From Candidatus Methylomirabilis oxygeniifera (GTDB taxonomy: Bacteria > Methylomirabilota > Methylomirabilia > Methylomirabilales > Methylomirabilaceae): a stretch of 32,000 bases of DNA. This document shows positions 21,757-31,139 of the stretch, in pieces (the stretch's first letter is position 1; every line of letters starts with the position of its first letter). The stretch spans positions 540,001 through 572,000 of the forward strand of contig FP565575.1 in assembly GCA_000091165.1 (NCBI GenBank). The letters are read 5' to 3'. Below the pieces are notes generated by a model. The model did not search any database and was not told the DNA's origin. It saw only the letters and a program-made list of their open reading frames with translations. The position numbers were made by a program, and so were the translations under genes.

Positions 21757-24573
21757 ATGACAGAACCTGAAGTATCACGCGCGAAGAAGGCCGGATACGA
21801 TCCGCACGGGATTGAAGAGCGCTGGGCCAAGGTCTGGGAGGCAGCCGGATCGAGCCACGTTGACGAGTCCTTGCCGAGGCCGCCGTATGCCATCGTCATC
21901 CCGCCGCCCAATATCACGGGCTTCCTGCATATCGGCCACGCGATGAATAACACGCTCCAGGATATCCTGATTCGATGGCGGCGGATGCAAGGGTATAACG
22001 CGCTCTGGCTGCCCGGCACCGACCATGCGGGCATCGCAACCCAAAACGTCGTCGAGCGACAACTCCAGGGAGAGGGCCGTCGGCGCGAAGATCTTGGCCG
22101 CACCGGTTTCGTGGACCGGGTCTGGCGCTGGAAGGCGGAGTCCGGCGGGACGATTATCCGCCAGCTCAAGCGGCTGGGTGCCTCCTGCGACTGGGAACGG
22201 GAATGTTTCACTATGGATGAGGACCGCCAGGAGGCGGTCCGCGAGGTGTTCGTGCGGCTGTACGACGAGGGGCTGATCTACCGAGGCGAGCGGCTGATCA
22301 ACTGGTGCCCACGATGCCAAACGGCGCTGTCAGATATCGAGGTGGAGTACGAAGATACGCAGGGGTCGCTCTACCATATCAGGTATCCCATGGCGGATGA
22401 CTCTGGAACTACACTTATCGTGGCCACCACAAGGCCTGAGACGATGCTGGGAGACACCGCCGTTGCTGTCCACCCGGATGACGCGCGATACAATCGATTG
22501 ATTGGCCGTCAGGTAAGGCTTCCACTTACCGGGCGGACCATCCCGGTGGTGGGCGATCCGATTCTGGTGGATCGGGAGTTCGGCACCGGTGCCGTGAAGA
22601 TTACGCCGGCGCACGACTTCAACGACTTTGAGGCAGGGGAGCGACACGGCCTGCCACGGATTGCCCTTTTCGATCGGGAGGGCAGGATCGCGGTCACAGC
22701 GGCACTAAATAATGCGCAAATAGATCCTTCGCTTTTTGATGAGATCGTATCGCAACCGGTTGCGGTTGCCCGTGAAAAAGTACTGGATCGGTTGCGTCAG
22801 GAAGGATTGTTGGAGAAGGTGGATCCGCACCTGCATGCGCTGGGGAAGTGCTATCGCTGTAGGAGCGTGGTGGAGCCGTTCCTCTCGACGCAATGGTTCG
22901 TGAAGGTGAAGCCGCTGGCGGAACCGGCCATCCGGGCGGTGGAGGAGGGGAAGACTAGGTTTGTTCCGGAGCATTGGGAGAACACCTACTTTTCCTGGAT
23001 GCGGAACATCAAAGACTGGTGCATCTCGCGTCAACTTTGGTGGGGACACCAGATCCCGGCCTGGTACTGTAAGGGATGTGACAAGGGTAACATCTTGAGG
23101 GGACGGATAGAGGTAGGGGTTGGGACTCGCCCCCCCACATCTTCAGATGAGGCGTTCGTTTTTATCGCCCCTGAAGCGCAGCCGATTGTTTCGGCAGAAC
23201 GACCTGCCGGTTGCCCCCGATGCGGTCATCACGAGTTGGTTCAGGACCCCGATGTCCTTGATACCTGGTTCTCGTCGGCTCTCTGGCCTTTCTCGACTAT
23301 GGGATGGCCGGAGCAGACCGAGCTGCTCCGACGGTTCTATCCGACCTCGACCCTGGTCACCAGCTTCGACATCATTTTCTTCTGGGTCGCCAGGATGATG
23401 ATGATGGGTCTCAAGTTCATGGGAGATGTCCCGTTCAGGGAGGTCTATATCCATGCACTCGTGCGCGATGCTGAAGGGCAGAAGATGTCGAAGTCGAAGG
23501 GGAACGTCATCGACCCCCTCGAAATTATCGACAGATATGGCGCCGATGCGTTCCGATTCACGCTGGCCGCACTGGCGGCCCAGGGCCGTGACATCCGGCT
23601 CTCCGAGGAACGGATCGAGGGGTATCGGCATTTTTGTAATAAACTGTGGAACGCCCATCAGTTCCTCAACCGATACCTGCCGCTTCTCGAAGGTCCCCTT
23701 CCGCCCGTGAATTCTCTCTCCCTCGATCTGACGGATCGGTGGCTGCTCCATCGCCTGCACGCGCTCATCGGGTCGGTCACAAAAGCGTTGGAAGAGTATC
23801 GATTCAACGAGGCGGCGTCAGCCCTCTACCAGTTCGTCTGGCACGAGTACTGCGACTGGTATTTGGAGATTGTGAAGTCTCGCCTTACCTCGGAGTCAAG
23901 CCTGGAGCAGCGGCGAACGGGAGTTGCCTTACTGTGCCTGGGGCTGGATACTGCATTACGCCTGCTGCACCCGTTTATGCCGTTTATTACCGAAGAGATT
24001 TGGCAGCAATTGCCGCAGCATGGGACCAGCCTGATGGTCGCCGAGTGGCCGAAGGCGGACCCTGGCTGGCAGGATGCGAATGCCGAAGTATCGATGGGCT
24101 TTTTGATGGATCTGACGCGGGCGACCCGCGACCTGCGCTCTGACCTGGAGTTTCCCCCTTCGAAGTCGATCCGGCTTGTGCTGCGGACCTCTTCTGATAC
24201 CGACGATAGGGCGATAGACGCGGTCCTGCCGTACCTCGCCGTGCTCACGCGCGCAGAGCACGTCGCCTTCGGTCAGCACCTGGATCGACCTTCACCGGCC
24301 GCCGTGGCGTTGGTGGGTAGTATTGAGGTGCATCTACCGGTGGACGACCTGTCGGTCTTTGCAGCCAGGCAGCAGAAGCTGCGGCGTGAGCTGGACAAGG
24401 TGGAGCAGGAGCTGGCGAGGGTAGATAAGAAACTCTGTAACGCCGACTTTATGTCGAAGGCGCCTGATGAGGTAGTGAGCAAGGTGAAGGACGAGCATAC
24501 CAGGCTCATGGATACCAAGACGAAACTGCTTCAACATCTCGAACGCATCGAACATCTCTTGCGACCTGTTTGA
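21757..24573 (+). CDS. valS: Valine--tRNA ligase
   Basis: 938 aa with HIGH (LHIGHAMN) and KMSKS motifs, a CP1 editing domain and a C-terminal coiled coil. Confidence 0.95.
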   Translation: MTEPEVSRAKKAGYDPHGIEERWAKVWEAAGSSHVDESLPRPPYAIVIPPPNITGFLHIGHAMNNTLQDILIRWRRMQGYNALWLPGTDHAGIATQNVVERQLQGEGRRREDLGRTGFVDRVWRWKAESGGTIIRQLKRLGASCDWERECFTMDEDRQEAVREVFVRLYDEGLIYRGERLINWCPRCQTALSDIEVEYEDTQGSLYHIRYPMADDSGTTLIVATTRPETMLGDTAVAVHPDDARYNRLIGRQVRLPLTGRTIPVVGDPILVDREFGTGAVKITPAHDFNDFEAGERHGLPRIALFDREGRIAVTAALNNAQIDPSLFDEIVSQPVAVAREKVLDRLRQEGLLEKVDPHLHALGKCYRCRSVVEPFLSTQWFVKVKPLAEPAIRAVEEGKTRFVPEHWENTYFSWMRNIKDWCISRQLWWGHQIPAWYCKGCDKGNILRGRIEVGVGTRPPTSSDEAFVFIAPEAQPIVSAERPAGCPRCGHHELVQDPDVLDTWFSSALWPFSTMGWPEQTELLRRFYPTSTLVTSFDIIFFWVARMMMMGLKFMGDVPFREVYIHALVRDAEGQKMSKSKGNVIDPLEIIDRYGADAFRFTLAALAAQGRDIRLSEERIEGYRHFCNKLWNAHQFLNRYLPLLEGPLPPVNSLSLDLTDRWLLHRLHALIGSVTKALEEYRFNEAASALYQFVWHEYCDWYLEIVKSRLTSESSLEQRRTGVALLCLGLDTALRLLHPFMPFITEEIWQQLPQHGTSLMVAEWPKADPGWQDANAEVSMGFLMDLTRATRDLRSDLEFPPSKSIRLVLRTSSDTDDRAIDAVLPYLAVLTRAEHVAFGQHLDRPSPAAVALVGSIEVHLPVDDLSVFAARQQKLRRELDKVEQELARVDKKLCNADFMSKAPDEVVSKVKDEHTRLMDTKTKLLQHLERIEHLLRPV

Positions 24574-24589
24574 CGTAGACAGATAGGGC

Positions 24590-25420
24590 ATGAGGCGCGA
24601 GGCGACTATGACAGGTCCTCAGGAACTCTTGGCACCGTTAAATGAGGTGGAGATTCGGGTTGGCCTGGTTACGAGGCGGATCGGGACTACGGTCCACCTG
24701 TTCCAGGAGGTTGAGTCGACGAACGATGAAGCGGCAGCACTGGCCGACCGTGGTGAGGCGGAGGGGGCGATTGTCATCGCGGAAAGGCAGCGGCGTGGGC
24801 GCGGTCGGATGGGTCGCCGATGGGAATCGCCGAGGGGGCTGGGGCTCTACCTTTCTGTCATCCTGAGGCCGATGATCCCGCCACAGAGCGCCCCTCTACT
24901 TACCCTCATGGGCGCAGTGGCAGCCGCTGACGCGATAGAACGAACGACTGGGCTTACGACAGCGCTGAAGTGGCCAAACGATCTGATCGTACATGGCCGA
25001 AAGGTGGGGGGTATCCTCGGCGAAATGGCTGCCGATAGCTCCGGCCTCCTTCATGTCATCCTGGGGTTCGGCATCAACGTCAATCAGGCCGAGGCGGACT
25101 TCGATGAAGAACTACGCCGGATCGCCAGTTCGCTCCGCATTGAGGCCGACCGTCCCATAGATCGAACAGCAATGGTGCGGTCATTCTGTGAGAGTCTTGA
25201 CGGTTGGTACGAGCGGTTCTTGTGCGATGGCCCCCTGCCCATTCTTGAGCATGCCCGACGCCGCTGCCTGACCGTAGGTCGGATGGTCATGGCCCGATCC
25301 GGCGATCAGGAGATATCCGGTTTCGCGGTCGAGATGGACGACCTTGGGCGTCTGGTGATCCGCGATGCGCGGGGCGCATTGCATCACCTGGTCGCCGGTG
25401 ATGTCACGCTCGCGGGGTAA
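24590..25420 (+). CDS. birA: Biotin--[acetyl-CoA-carboxylase] ligase (no N-terminal HTH domain)
   Basis: RGRGRMGRRWESPRG motif, KWPNDL, and a C-terminal SH3-like domain. The start could alternatively be ATG 24608. Confidence 0.85.
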   Translation: MRREATMTGPQELLAPLNEVEIRVGLVTRRIGTTVHLFQEVESTNDEAAALADRGEAEGAIVIAERQRRGRGRMGRRWESPRGLGLYLSVILRPMIPPQSAPLLTLMGAVAAADAIERTTGLTTALKWPNDLIVHGRKVGGILGEMAADSSGLLHVILGFGINVNQAEADFDEELRRIASSLRIEADRPIDRTAMVRSFCESLDGWYERFLCDGPLPILEHARRRCLTVGRMVMARSGDQEISGFAVEMDDLGRLVIRDARGALHHLVAGDVTLAG

Positions 25421-25426
25421 AGACAG

Positions 25427-26191
25427 ATGCTGCTCGCGTTGGATGTAGGTAACACCAATACGGTCGTCGGGGTATTCGAAGACAAGACGCTCCGGGTACA
25501 TTGGCGGATCAGCACCCGGCGTGACGGGACCGGCGACGAATACGGAATGTTGATCAGTAATCTGTTACACCTTGCCGGATTGGAGCCGGGTCAGATCTCA
25601 GCGCTCATTATCGCCTCGGTGGTTCCGCCGCTTCAGTCATCGCTGGAAGAGATGGCCCATCGTTACTTCCGGATGGCGCCCCTGGTGGTCGGTCTGGGAA
25701 CGAAGACCGGTATGTCGATCCTGTACGACAGCCCACGAGAGGTTGGGGCCGACCGGATCGTCAACGCGGTGGCAGCCTTCGAGACCTACGGCGGCCCGGC
25801 GATTGTGATAGATTTTGGTACGGCTACCACCTTTGACGCCATCTCGGCCAAGGGAGAGTATCTGGGAGGCGTGATCGCGCCCGGTATCGGAATCGCCGCC
25901 GAGGCCCTTTTTGAGCGAACGGCGAAGCTACCGCGGATCGATATCGCCAAGCCGAAATCGGTGGTGGGGAAAACGACGGTGACCAGCATGCAATCCGGGC
26001 TATTCTTCGGTTATCTGGGGCTGGTTGAAGGGATCGTCAGGCGGATGCGTGAAGAGATGGGGGGCGATCCTGTTGTGATCGGCACCGGGGGACTGGCCCA
26101 TCTGATCCTCGCCGAATCACCGGACATCAAGCATGTGGATCCGCTGCTCACGCTGACCGGCCTTCGGATCATCTACGAGCGCAACACATAA
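25427..26191 (+). CDS. coaX: Type III pantothenate kinase
   Basis: MLLALDVGNTNTVVGVF..., ..GADRIVN.., ..IVIDFGTATTFD... Confidence 0.9.
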   Translation: MLLALDVGNTNTVVGVFEDKTLRVHWRISTRRDGTGDEYGMLISNLLHLAGLEPGQISALIIASVVPPLQSSLEEMAHRYFRMAPLVVGLGTKTGMSILYDSPREVGADRIVNAVAAFETYGGPAIVIDFGTATTFDAISAKGEYLGGVIAPGIGIAAEALFERTAKLPRIDIAKPKSVVGKTTVTSMQSGLFFGYLGLVEGIVRRMREEMGGDPVVIGTGGLAHLILAESPDIKHVDPLLTLTGLRIIYERNT

Positions 26192-26194
26192 TAA

Positions 26195-26222
26195 GTAGAG
26201 GCGACCGGTCGGTCGCCTCTAC
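26195..26222. terminator. Hairpin between convergent coaX and tatA (12-bp perfect stem, 4-nt loop)
   Basis: GTAGAGGCGACC-GGTC-GGTCGCCTCTAC. On the minus strand it is followed by TTATTATGTGTT, so it is plausible as the tatA terminator. The tatA stop codon lies in the stem. Confidence 0.55.
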
Positions 26223-26470
26223 GCCTCGCGTTTCGTCCCGCAGTGAGGGCAGGCTGTCCAGTCTTTCTGAAGCGGTTGACGACACTGGCTGCAGACGATG
26301 TCGTTGGGAGGCTCCGTCGTCTCGCCTTTCTTGGGTGCCTCGATTGACTTCTTGAATTCGCGAATCGCTCCACCGAGGGAGCTGCCGATCTGGGGCAATT
26401 TCGCAGCGCCAAACACGACGAGTGCAATCAGTAAGATGATTATCAGTTCCGGCATCCCGAGTCCGAACAT
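26219..26470 (-). CDS. tatA: TatA/E-family twin-arginine translocase subunit with a C-terminal CxxC-x10-CxxC zinc-ribbon extension
   Basis: MFGLGMPELIIILLIALVVFGAAKLPQIGSSLGGAIREFKKSI is canonical TatA (TM helix plus amphipathic helix). The tail is ..VCSQCRQPLQKDWTACPHCGTKREA. GGAGAGG Shine-Dalgarno. Confidence 0.85.
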   Translation of the reverse strand: MFGLGMPELIIILLIALVVFGAAKLPQIGSSLGGAIREFKKSIEAPKKGETTEPPNDIVCSQCRQPLQKDWTACPHCGTKREA

Positions 26471-26584
26471 CTACCTCTCCTGTTCTTGCCTTTTGAACTT
26501 TGATGTTTCAGTGCTATACTAGCCTATCGGGTTCCGACATACCATGAAAAACAGCGGTGATGCCGAGACGTGGCGATTTTTCCC

Positions 26585-26613
26585 TTGACAAAGGGTGCCC
26601 AGGTCTTTAGTCT
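26585..26613 (+). promoter_or_regulatory. Candidate rplM-rpsI promoter
   Basis: TTGACA (26585-26590), a 17-nt spacer, then TAGTCT (26608-26613), about 45 nt upstream of the rplM ATG. Confidence 0.35.
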
Positions 26614-26659
26614 TTAGCGGTTCTGGGACAGCAGTTACCAAGAGGGGGAAGGTTACATC

Positions 26660-27109
26660 ATGAGTAAGACGATTCATTGCGCTATCAGCGAAATCGACAG
26701 GCGGTGGCACCTGATCGATGCGTCGGGACAGGTGCTTGGGCGGCTGGCTACTGAGGTAGCGGGGCTCCTGCGAGGGAAGCATAAGCCGATCTTCAGCCCG
26801 CATATGGACACCGGGGACTTCGTGGTGATTGTAAATGCCGAGCGAGTGGTATTAACAGGTAATAAGCTAAAAGATAAGCTCTACCATCGCCATTCCGGCT
26901 ATCCTGGCGGACTGACAACCACTACGGCTGAGCAGATGTTTAAGAGTCACCCCACGCGGGTGCTGGAGGCTGCGGTTCGGGGGATGTTACCCAGAACGAA
27001 GTTAGGTGATGCGCTGTTTCGTAAACTCAAGGTATATGCGGGCCCCACCCATCCGCATGCGTCACAGCAGCCGATACCATTCGTTAAAACGACCGTTAAG
27101 GAGGGATAA
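26660..27109 (+). CDS. rplM: 50S ribosomal protein L13
   Basis: ..[47 protein letters not shown].. is the canonical L13 sequence. Confidence 0.95.
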   Translation: MSKTIHCAISEIDRRWHLIDASGQVLGRLATEVAGLLRGKHKPIFSPHMDTGDFVVIVNAERVVLTGNKLKDKLYHRHSGYPGGLTTTTAEQMFKSHPTRVLEAAVRGMLPRTKLGDALFRKLKVYAGPTHPHASQQPIPFVKTTVKEG

Positions 27110-27118
27110 ATTTCAGCT

Positions 27119-27514
27119 ATGGCAGCAGAAGGTGCGTTGTATGGGACTGGGCGGCGAAAGTCGTCCGTAGCCAGGGTGTGGCTGTCGCCCGGTGACGGGA
27201 AGATGACGGTCAACCGGCGGCCTTTACAGGAATATTTCAGCCGCTCGACCAATCAAGCCTTGGCTGTTCAACCTCTGAAGACGGTAGGGGTAGAAGGAAA
27301 GTTCGACCTGCGTGCCAATGTGGGCGGCGGGGGATTGACCGGCCAGGCCGGTGCCGTTCGACTCGGGATCGCCAGGGCCCTCCTGGCTGTAGATGCTTCC
27401 CTGCGGCCGTCGCTTCGAAAGGCGGGGTTCCTGACACGAGACCCTCGAGTGAAGGAGCGAAAGAAATACGGCCAGAAGGGAGCCCGCGCACGGTTCCAAT
27501 TCTCAAAGCGCTAA
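27119..27514 (+). CDS. rpsI: 30S ribosomal protein S9
   Basis: ..[18 protein letters not shown]...VN.. and a C-terminal ..[25 protein letters not shown]. Confidence 0.95.
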   Translation: MAAEGALYGTGRRKSSVARVWLSPGDGKMTVNRRPLQEYFSRSTNQALAVQPLKTVGVEGKFDLRANVGGGGLTGQAGAVRLGIARALLAVDASLRPSLRKAGFLTRDPRVKERKKYGQKGARARFQFSKR

Positions 27515-27523
27515 TTATTAGAA

Positions 27524-27640
27524 GCGATCAGCGGTCAGCCCTCAGCAGGCAGCTTCTGCTGATGGCTGGCCGCTTATGTTTTAAGCGATCAGCTTACAGA
27601 CTACGGCTGTTGCTGACCGCTGATAGCTGATGGCTGCTTT
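27524..27640. repeat. Two tandem ~56-nt modules, each an inverted pair of heptamer arrays; module 1 plus the T-run probably acts as the rpsI terminator
   Basis: Module 1 (27524-27579): GCGATCA GCGGTCA GCCCTCA GCAGGCA GCTTCTG CTGATGG CTGGCCG CTTATGT. Module 2 (27585-27640): GCGATCA GCTTACA GACTACG GCTGTTG CTGACCG CTGATAG CTGATGG CTGCTTT. The stem AGCGGTCAGCC/GGCTGGCCGCT (27530-27574) is followed by TATGTTTT. Confidence 0.7.
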
Positions 27641-28712
27641 TATGAAACGGCAGATGGGTGAGACAGGGCATAAGATTCGGGTAGCGGTAGTCGGAGCCAG
27701 CGGCTACACCGGCGTAGAGCTTCTTCGACTCCTGATCAACCATCCGGCTGTAGAGATCACCGCGCTGACGTCGGAGAGTTATGCGGATTTGCCGATCGAC
27801 GAGGCATTTCCCAGCCTCTTCGGTGTGCTCAAGCTGACATGCGAAAGATTCGATGCGCGTGAGGTGGCGAAGCGCGCTGACGTGATCTTCCTGGCCGTCC
27901 CCCACAAGACCGCGATGACGGCGGCAGTCGAGTTGTTTCCCTCAGGCAGAAAGATCATTGATCTGAGCGCCGACTTTCGCTTCCGCGATCCCGCTGTCTA
28001 TCGCCAGTGGTACGGCGTGGATCACGAGGCGCCGGAACTGCTGAAAGAAGCAGCCTACGCCCTTCCGGAGTTCTATCGCCAGCAGCTTACCGCAGCGCGA
28101 TTGGCGGCGGCGCCCGGTTGCTACCCAACGGCGGTCCTGCTTGGACTGCTTCCCCTGTTGAAGCGGGAGGTCGTCGATCCGGACTCTCTGACTATCGACG
28201 CGATCTCCGGCGCGTCAGGCGCGGGGCGGAAGCCGGATCTTTCGCTGCACTTCGCCGAGCTGGATGGGAATTGTAAGGCGTACAAGGTCGCATGTCACCG
28301 GCATACGCCGGAGATTGAGCAGGAACTCAGCCGCTGCGTTGGCCGAGAGGTACAGGTGACGTTTACGCCGCATCTGGTGGGGACAGTCCGAGGAATCCTG
28401 GCGACCATCACGGCCACGCTCGTGACCTCTAAAGATGAAGGGGAGCTGCGCGCGCTCTACCGGGATTGGTATCAGAACGAGCCGTTCGTGAGGATCCTTC
28501 CTGAAGGCCGATTTCCTGAGACCAAGCAGGTGCGCGGGTCCAACTTCTGTGATATCGGCCTTACCGTTGATGCCAGGACACGGCGCGTGATTGTTGTGAC
28601 GGCTATTGACAATCTTGTCAAGGGCGCCTCCGGGCAGGCGATTCAGGCTATGAACATCATGATGGGTCTCGACGAACGGACGGGATTACAACTCGCTCCG
28701 CTCTTCCCCTAA
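27630..28712 (+). CDS. argC: N-acetyl-gamma-glutamyl-phosphate reductase
   Basis: ..IRVAVVGASGYTGVELLRLL.., active-site region ..AAPGCYPTA.., C-terminus ..NLVKGASGQAIQAMN... The start is uncertain. ATG 27630 lies inside the repeat module, so ATG 27642 or 27654 are equally or more likely. Confidence 0.85.
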   Translation: MAAFMKRQMGETGHKIRVAVVGASGYTGVELLRLLINHPAVEITALTSESYADLPIDEAFPSLFGVLKLTCERFDAREVAKRADVIFLAVPHKTAMTAAVELFPSGRKIIDLSADFRFRDPAVYRQWYGVDHEAPELLKEAAYALPEFYRQQLTAARLAAAPGCYPTAVLLGLLPLLKREVVDPDSLTIDAISGASGAGRKPDLSLHFAELDGNCKAYKVACHRHTPEIEQELSRCVGREVQVTFTPHLVGTVRGILATITATLVTSKDEGELRALYRDWYQNEPFVRILPEGRFPETKQVRGSNFCDIGLTVDARTRRVIVVTAIDNLVKGASGQAIQAMNIMMGLDERTGLQLAPLFP

Positions 28713-28726
28713 CCTCTATCTTTGAT

Positions 28727-28789
28727 GAGCTGTCAGCGATCGGCTTTCGGTACGCAGCGTTTGCTGACGGCTGATTGCTGATCGCTGCA
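28727..28789. repeat. Heptamer array pair (GCTGAY family) in the argC-argJ spacer
   Basis: GAGCTGT CAGCGAT CGGCTTT CGGTACG CAGCGTT TGCTGAC GGCTGAT TGCTGAT CGCTGCA, ending 5 nt before the argJ ATG. Confidence 0.7.
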
Positions 28790-28794
28790 CTTCG

Positions 28795-30012
28795 ATGAAA
28801 CAGCCAACGACACAGGACATTCCAGGAGGCATTACGGCGGCCAAAGGTATCAGGGCTGCCGGAGTCTACTGCGGCATCAAGAAGACCGCACCCGACCTGG
28901 CGCTTGTGGTGTCGGATCGACCCGCCACCGTAGCCGGGGTGACGACGAGCAATCTGGCTAAGGCTGCTCCAGTGCGTCTTTGCGAGCAGCAACTGACGGA
29001 CGGCCGTTTCTCCGCGATCGTGGCGAACAGCGGCAATGCCAACGCCTGCACCGGGCTCCAGGGCGAACGGGACGCGGTACAGATGCGTGATCGGCTTGCC
29101 GGACTCCTGCACTGTCCGGCACGTGAAGTCTTTGTGGCCTCTACCGGGGTGATCGGGAAACGCCTGCCGATCTCGAAGGTCCTTTCGGGGATTCGCGAGG
29201 GCACCGGGCGTCTCTCGGCCGACGGCGGCGAGGCGGCGGCCAGGGCCATCATGACCACCGATAGCTGCCCAAAGGAGGCGGCAGTTCGAATTGAACTGGA
29301 CGGCCAACCCATCGTGATCGGTGGTATGGCCAAGGGATCCGGGATGATCGCGCCCAATCTGGCTACGATGCTCTGTTTTGTCGGCACCGACGCCCGGATT
29401 TCCGCCCCTCTTCTGCGCCGGGTTCTCCGGCGGACCGTCGAGGAGTCCTTCAACGCCATTACGGTAGACGGGTGTATGAGTACGAACGATACCGTCTTGC
29501 TGTTTGCGAATGGGATGAGCGATACGCCGCCTCTGAAGGCCGGCACTCCGAGGTTGGACGCGTTTGAAGGGGCGCTCTTGCAGGTGCTCTCTCGCCTGGC
29601 GAGAATGATTGTCAAGGATGGGGAGGGGGCGACCAAACTGATTCGGGTGGAGGTGATGGGATCGCGGACGACGCGCGATGCCAGGATTGCGGCACAGGCG
29701 ATCGCCAACTCCCCGCTTGTCAAGACGGCCTTCTTCGGGGAGGATTGCAATTGGGGGCGGATCATGTCGGCCATCGGCGCCTCGGGAATCCGATTTGACC
29801 CCGATTGTGTGGAAATCGCTGTGGACGGGATTCCAGTGGTTCAAAAGGGAGTCGGCCTGGGGGCGGCGGCAGAGCGACGGGCGGCCGTATGCATGCGCCG
29901 ATCCGAGTTTGACCTGACCATTCATTTGCACGGAGGCACAGGAGGCGCGGTCGTCCTGACTACCGATCTGAGTGAAGCGTATGTCAGGATCAACGCCGGC
30001 TACCGGAGTTGA
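28795..30012 (+). CDS. argJ: Bifunctional ornithine acetyltransferase / N-acetylglutamate synthase
   Basis: 405 aa with ..KGSGMIAPNLATMLCFVGTDA.., which contains the autoprocessing ATML site. Confidence 0.9.
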   Translation: MKQPTTQDIPGGITAAKGIRAAGVYCGIKKTAPDLALVVSDRPATVAGVTTSNLAKAAPVRLCEQQLTDGRFSAIVANSGNANACTGLQGERDAVQMRDRLAGLLHCPAREVFVASTGVIGKRLPISKVLSGIREGTGRLSADGGEAAARAIMTTDSCPKEAAVRIELDGQPIVIGGMAKGSGMIAPNLATMLCFVGTDARISAPLLRRVLRRTVEESFNAITVDGCMSTNDTVLLFANGMSDTPPLKAGTPRLDAFEGALLQVLSRLARMIVKDGEGATKLIRVEVMGSRTTRDARIAAQAIANSPLVKTAFFGEDCNWGRIMSAIGASGIRFDPDCVEIAVDGIPVVQKGVGLGAAAERRAAVCMRRSEFDLTIHLHGGTGGAVVLTTDLSEAYVRINAGYRS

Positions 30013-30034
30013 TAGGTCACGCAACGCGTGAGGT

Positions 30035-30075
30035 GTCATTGCGAGGCTCCGACACGTCGGGGTCGAAGCAATCTC
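30035..30075. repeat. Third copy of the GTCATTGCGAGG...GAAGCAATCTC element
   Basis: GTCATTGCGAGGCTCCGACACGTCGGGGTCGAAGCAATCTC. It shares both termini with 7651-7686 and has an internal CCGAC/GTCGG stem. Confidence 0.65.
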
Positions 30076-30124
30076 GCTGACGAATGCAACACATGAGGTG
30101 TCGGCGCGGTACGTCCTATTTTCG

Positions 30125-30154
30125 CTTGTTTTGATCTATTTTGACGTGGTATAA
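30125..30154 (+). promoter_or_regulatory. Candidate rpsB-tsf promoter with extended -10
   Basis: TTGTTT (30125-30130), an 18-nt spacer ending in TGG, then TATAAA (30149-30154). This leaves a ~165-nt leader before rpsB. Confidence 0.3.
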
Positions 30155-30319
30155 ATGCAGGGCGTTAGCGGGTGAGAGAACTCGCATCAACTTCACACGC
30201 CCCCCGATTCCTACGAGGGTGCCCCTACCGGCTGTGTAGGGGTCTCGCAGGGAGGTGACGAGGGCGGAGGACACAACCCAGAGGGCTGCGCGGAACGGTC
30301 AGCCGAACGGAGGAGCAGT

Positions 30320-31108
30320 GTGGTAACGGTTACGATTAAGGAGCTGTTGGAAGCAGGGATCCATTTTGGGCATCAGACCAAGCGCTGGAACCCAAAGATG
30401 AAGAAATTTCTCTTTGGAGAACAGAACGGTATCTACATCATCGATTTGCAAAAAACCTTGAAGAAATTTCATGAAGCGATTGCGTTTGTGAGGGATGTGG
30501 CAGAACAAGGCCTGCCGGTCGTGTTTGTCGGAACAAAAAAACAGGCCGCTGATGTGATGGAGCAGGAGGCCAATCGCTGCGAGCAATTCTTTGTGAACCA
30601 TCGTTGGCTGGGTGGGACCCTCACCAACTTCCAGACGATCAGGAAGAGCGTAGGCCGGCTGCGCCATATTGAAGAAATGGAGGCCAAGGGCGAATGCGAG
30701 CGTCTGACGAAGAAGGAGATTGCGGGGCTGCAGCGGGAGCGTCAGAAGCTTGAATATACCTTAGGCGGTATCAAGGGGATGGAACGGTTGCCGGGTGCAA
30801 TCTTTGTGATCGATACCAAGAAGGAGCGGATCGCCGTATGCGAGGCCAGGCGCCTTGGTATTCCGGTTGTTGCCGTTGTGGACACCAACTGCGATCCCGA
30901 CGAGGTGGATTATCCGATTCCTGGTAATGACGACGCGATTCGAGCCATTCGACTGATGGCGGGTCGTATGGCCGACGTCATCCAGGAGAGCCGAGCCGCA
31001 CGGATGAAGGCTGCCGAGGATATGGCGGCGGCTCAGGCCGAATCAGCCCCTTCATCAGAGGACATGGGCCCGACCGAAGCGCCACTGGAGATCCTCCAAC
31101 AGATCTAA
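30320..31108 (+). CDS. rpsB: 30S ribosomal protein S2
   Basis: GTG start preceded by GGAGG. ..[37 protein letters not shown].. is the canonical S2 sequence. Confidence 0.95.
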   Translation: MVTVTIKELLEAGIHFGHQTKRWNPKMKKFLFGEQNGIYIIDLQKTLKKFHEAIAFVRDVAEQGLPVVFVGTKKQAADVMEQEANRCEQFFVNHRWLGGTLTNFQTIRKSVGRLRHIEEMEAKGECERLTKKEIAGLQRERQKLEYTLGGIKGMERLPGAIFVIDTKKERIAVCEARRLGIPVVAVVDTNCDPDEVDYPIPGNDDAIRAIRLMAGRMADVIQESRAARMKAAEDMAAAQAESAPSSEDMGPTEAPLEILQQI

Positions 31109-31139
31109 GATCCGGCAAAGCGATTCGCTTTAAGTGGAA

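Noticed and set aside
27524-27640. Short regular repeats considered as a CRISPR array (also 9758-9834 and 28727-28789)
   Set aside because: The period is 7 nt with no unique spacers, the arrays are under 120 nt, and no cas genes are present. This is not CRISPR.
28657-30039. 460-aa and 302-aa minus-strand ORFs antisense to argJ
   Set aside because: Shadow ORFs of a canonical argJ. The composition is dominated by Arg/Pro/Gly/Ala.
30155-30319. Autoregulatory S2-binding leader upstream of rpsB
   Set aside because: A 7-bp hairpin (CCCCTAC-CGGCTGT-GTAGGGG) exists. I cannot match it from memory to the known rpsB leader motif, so no RNA feature is called.
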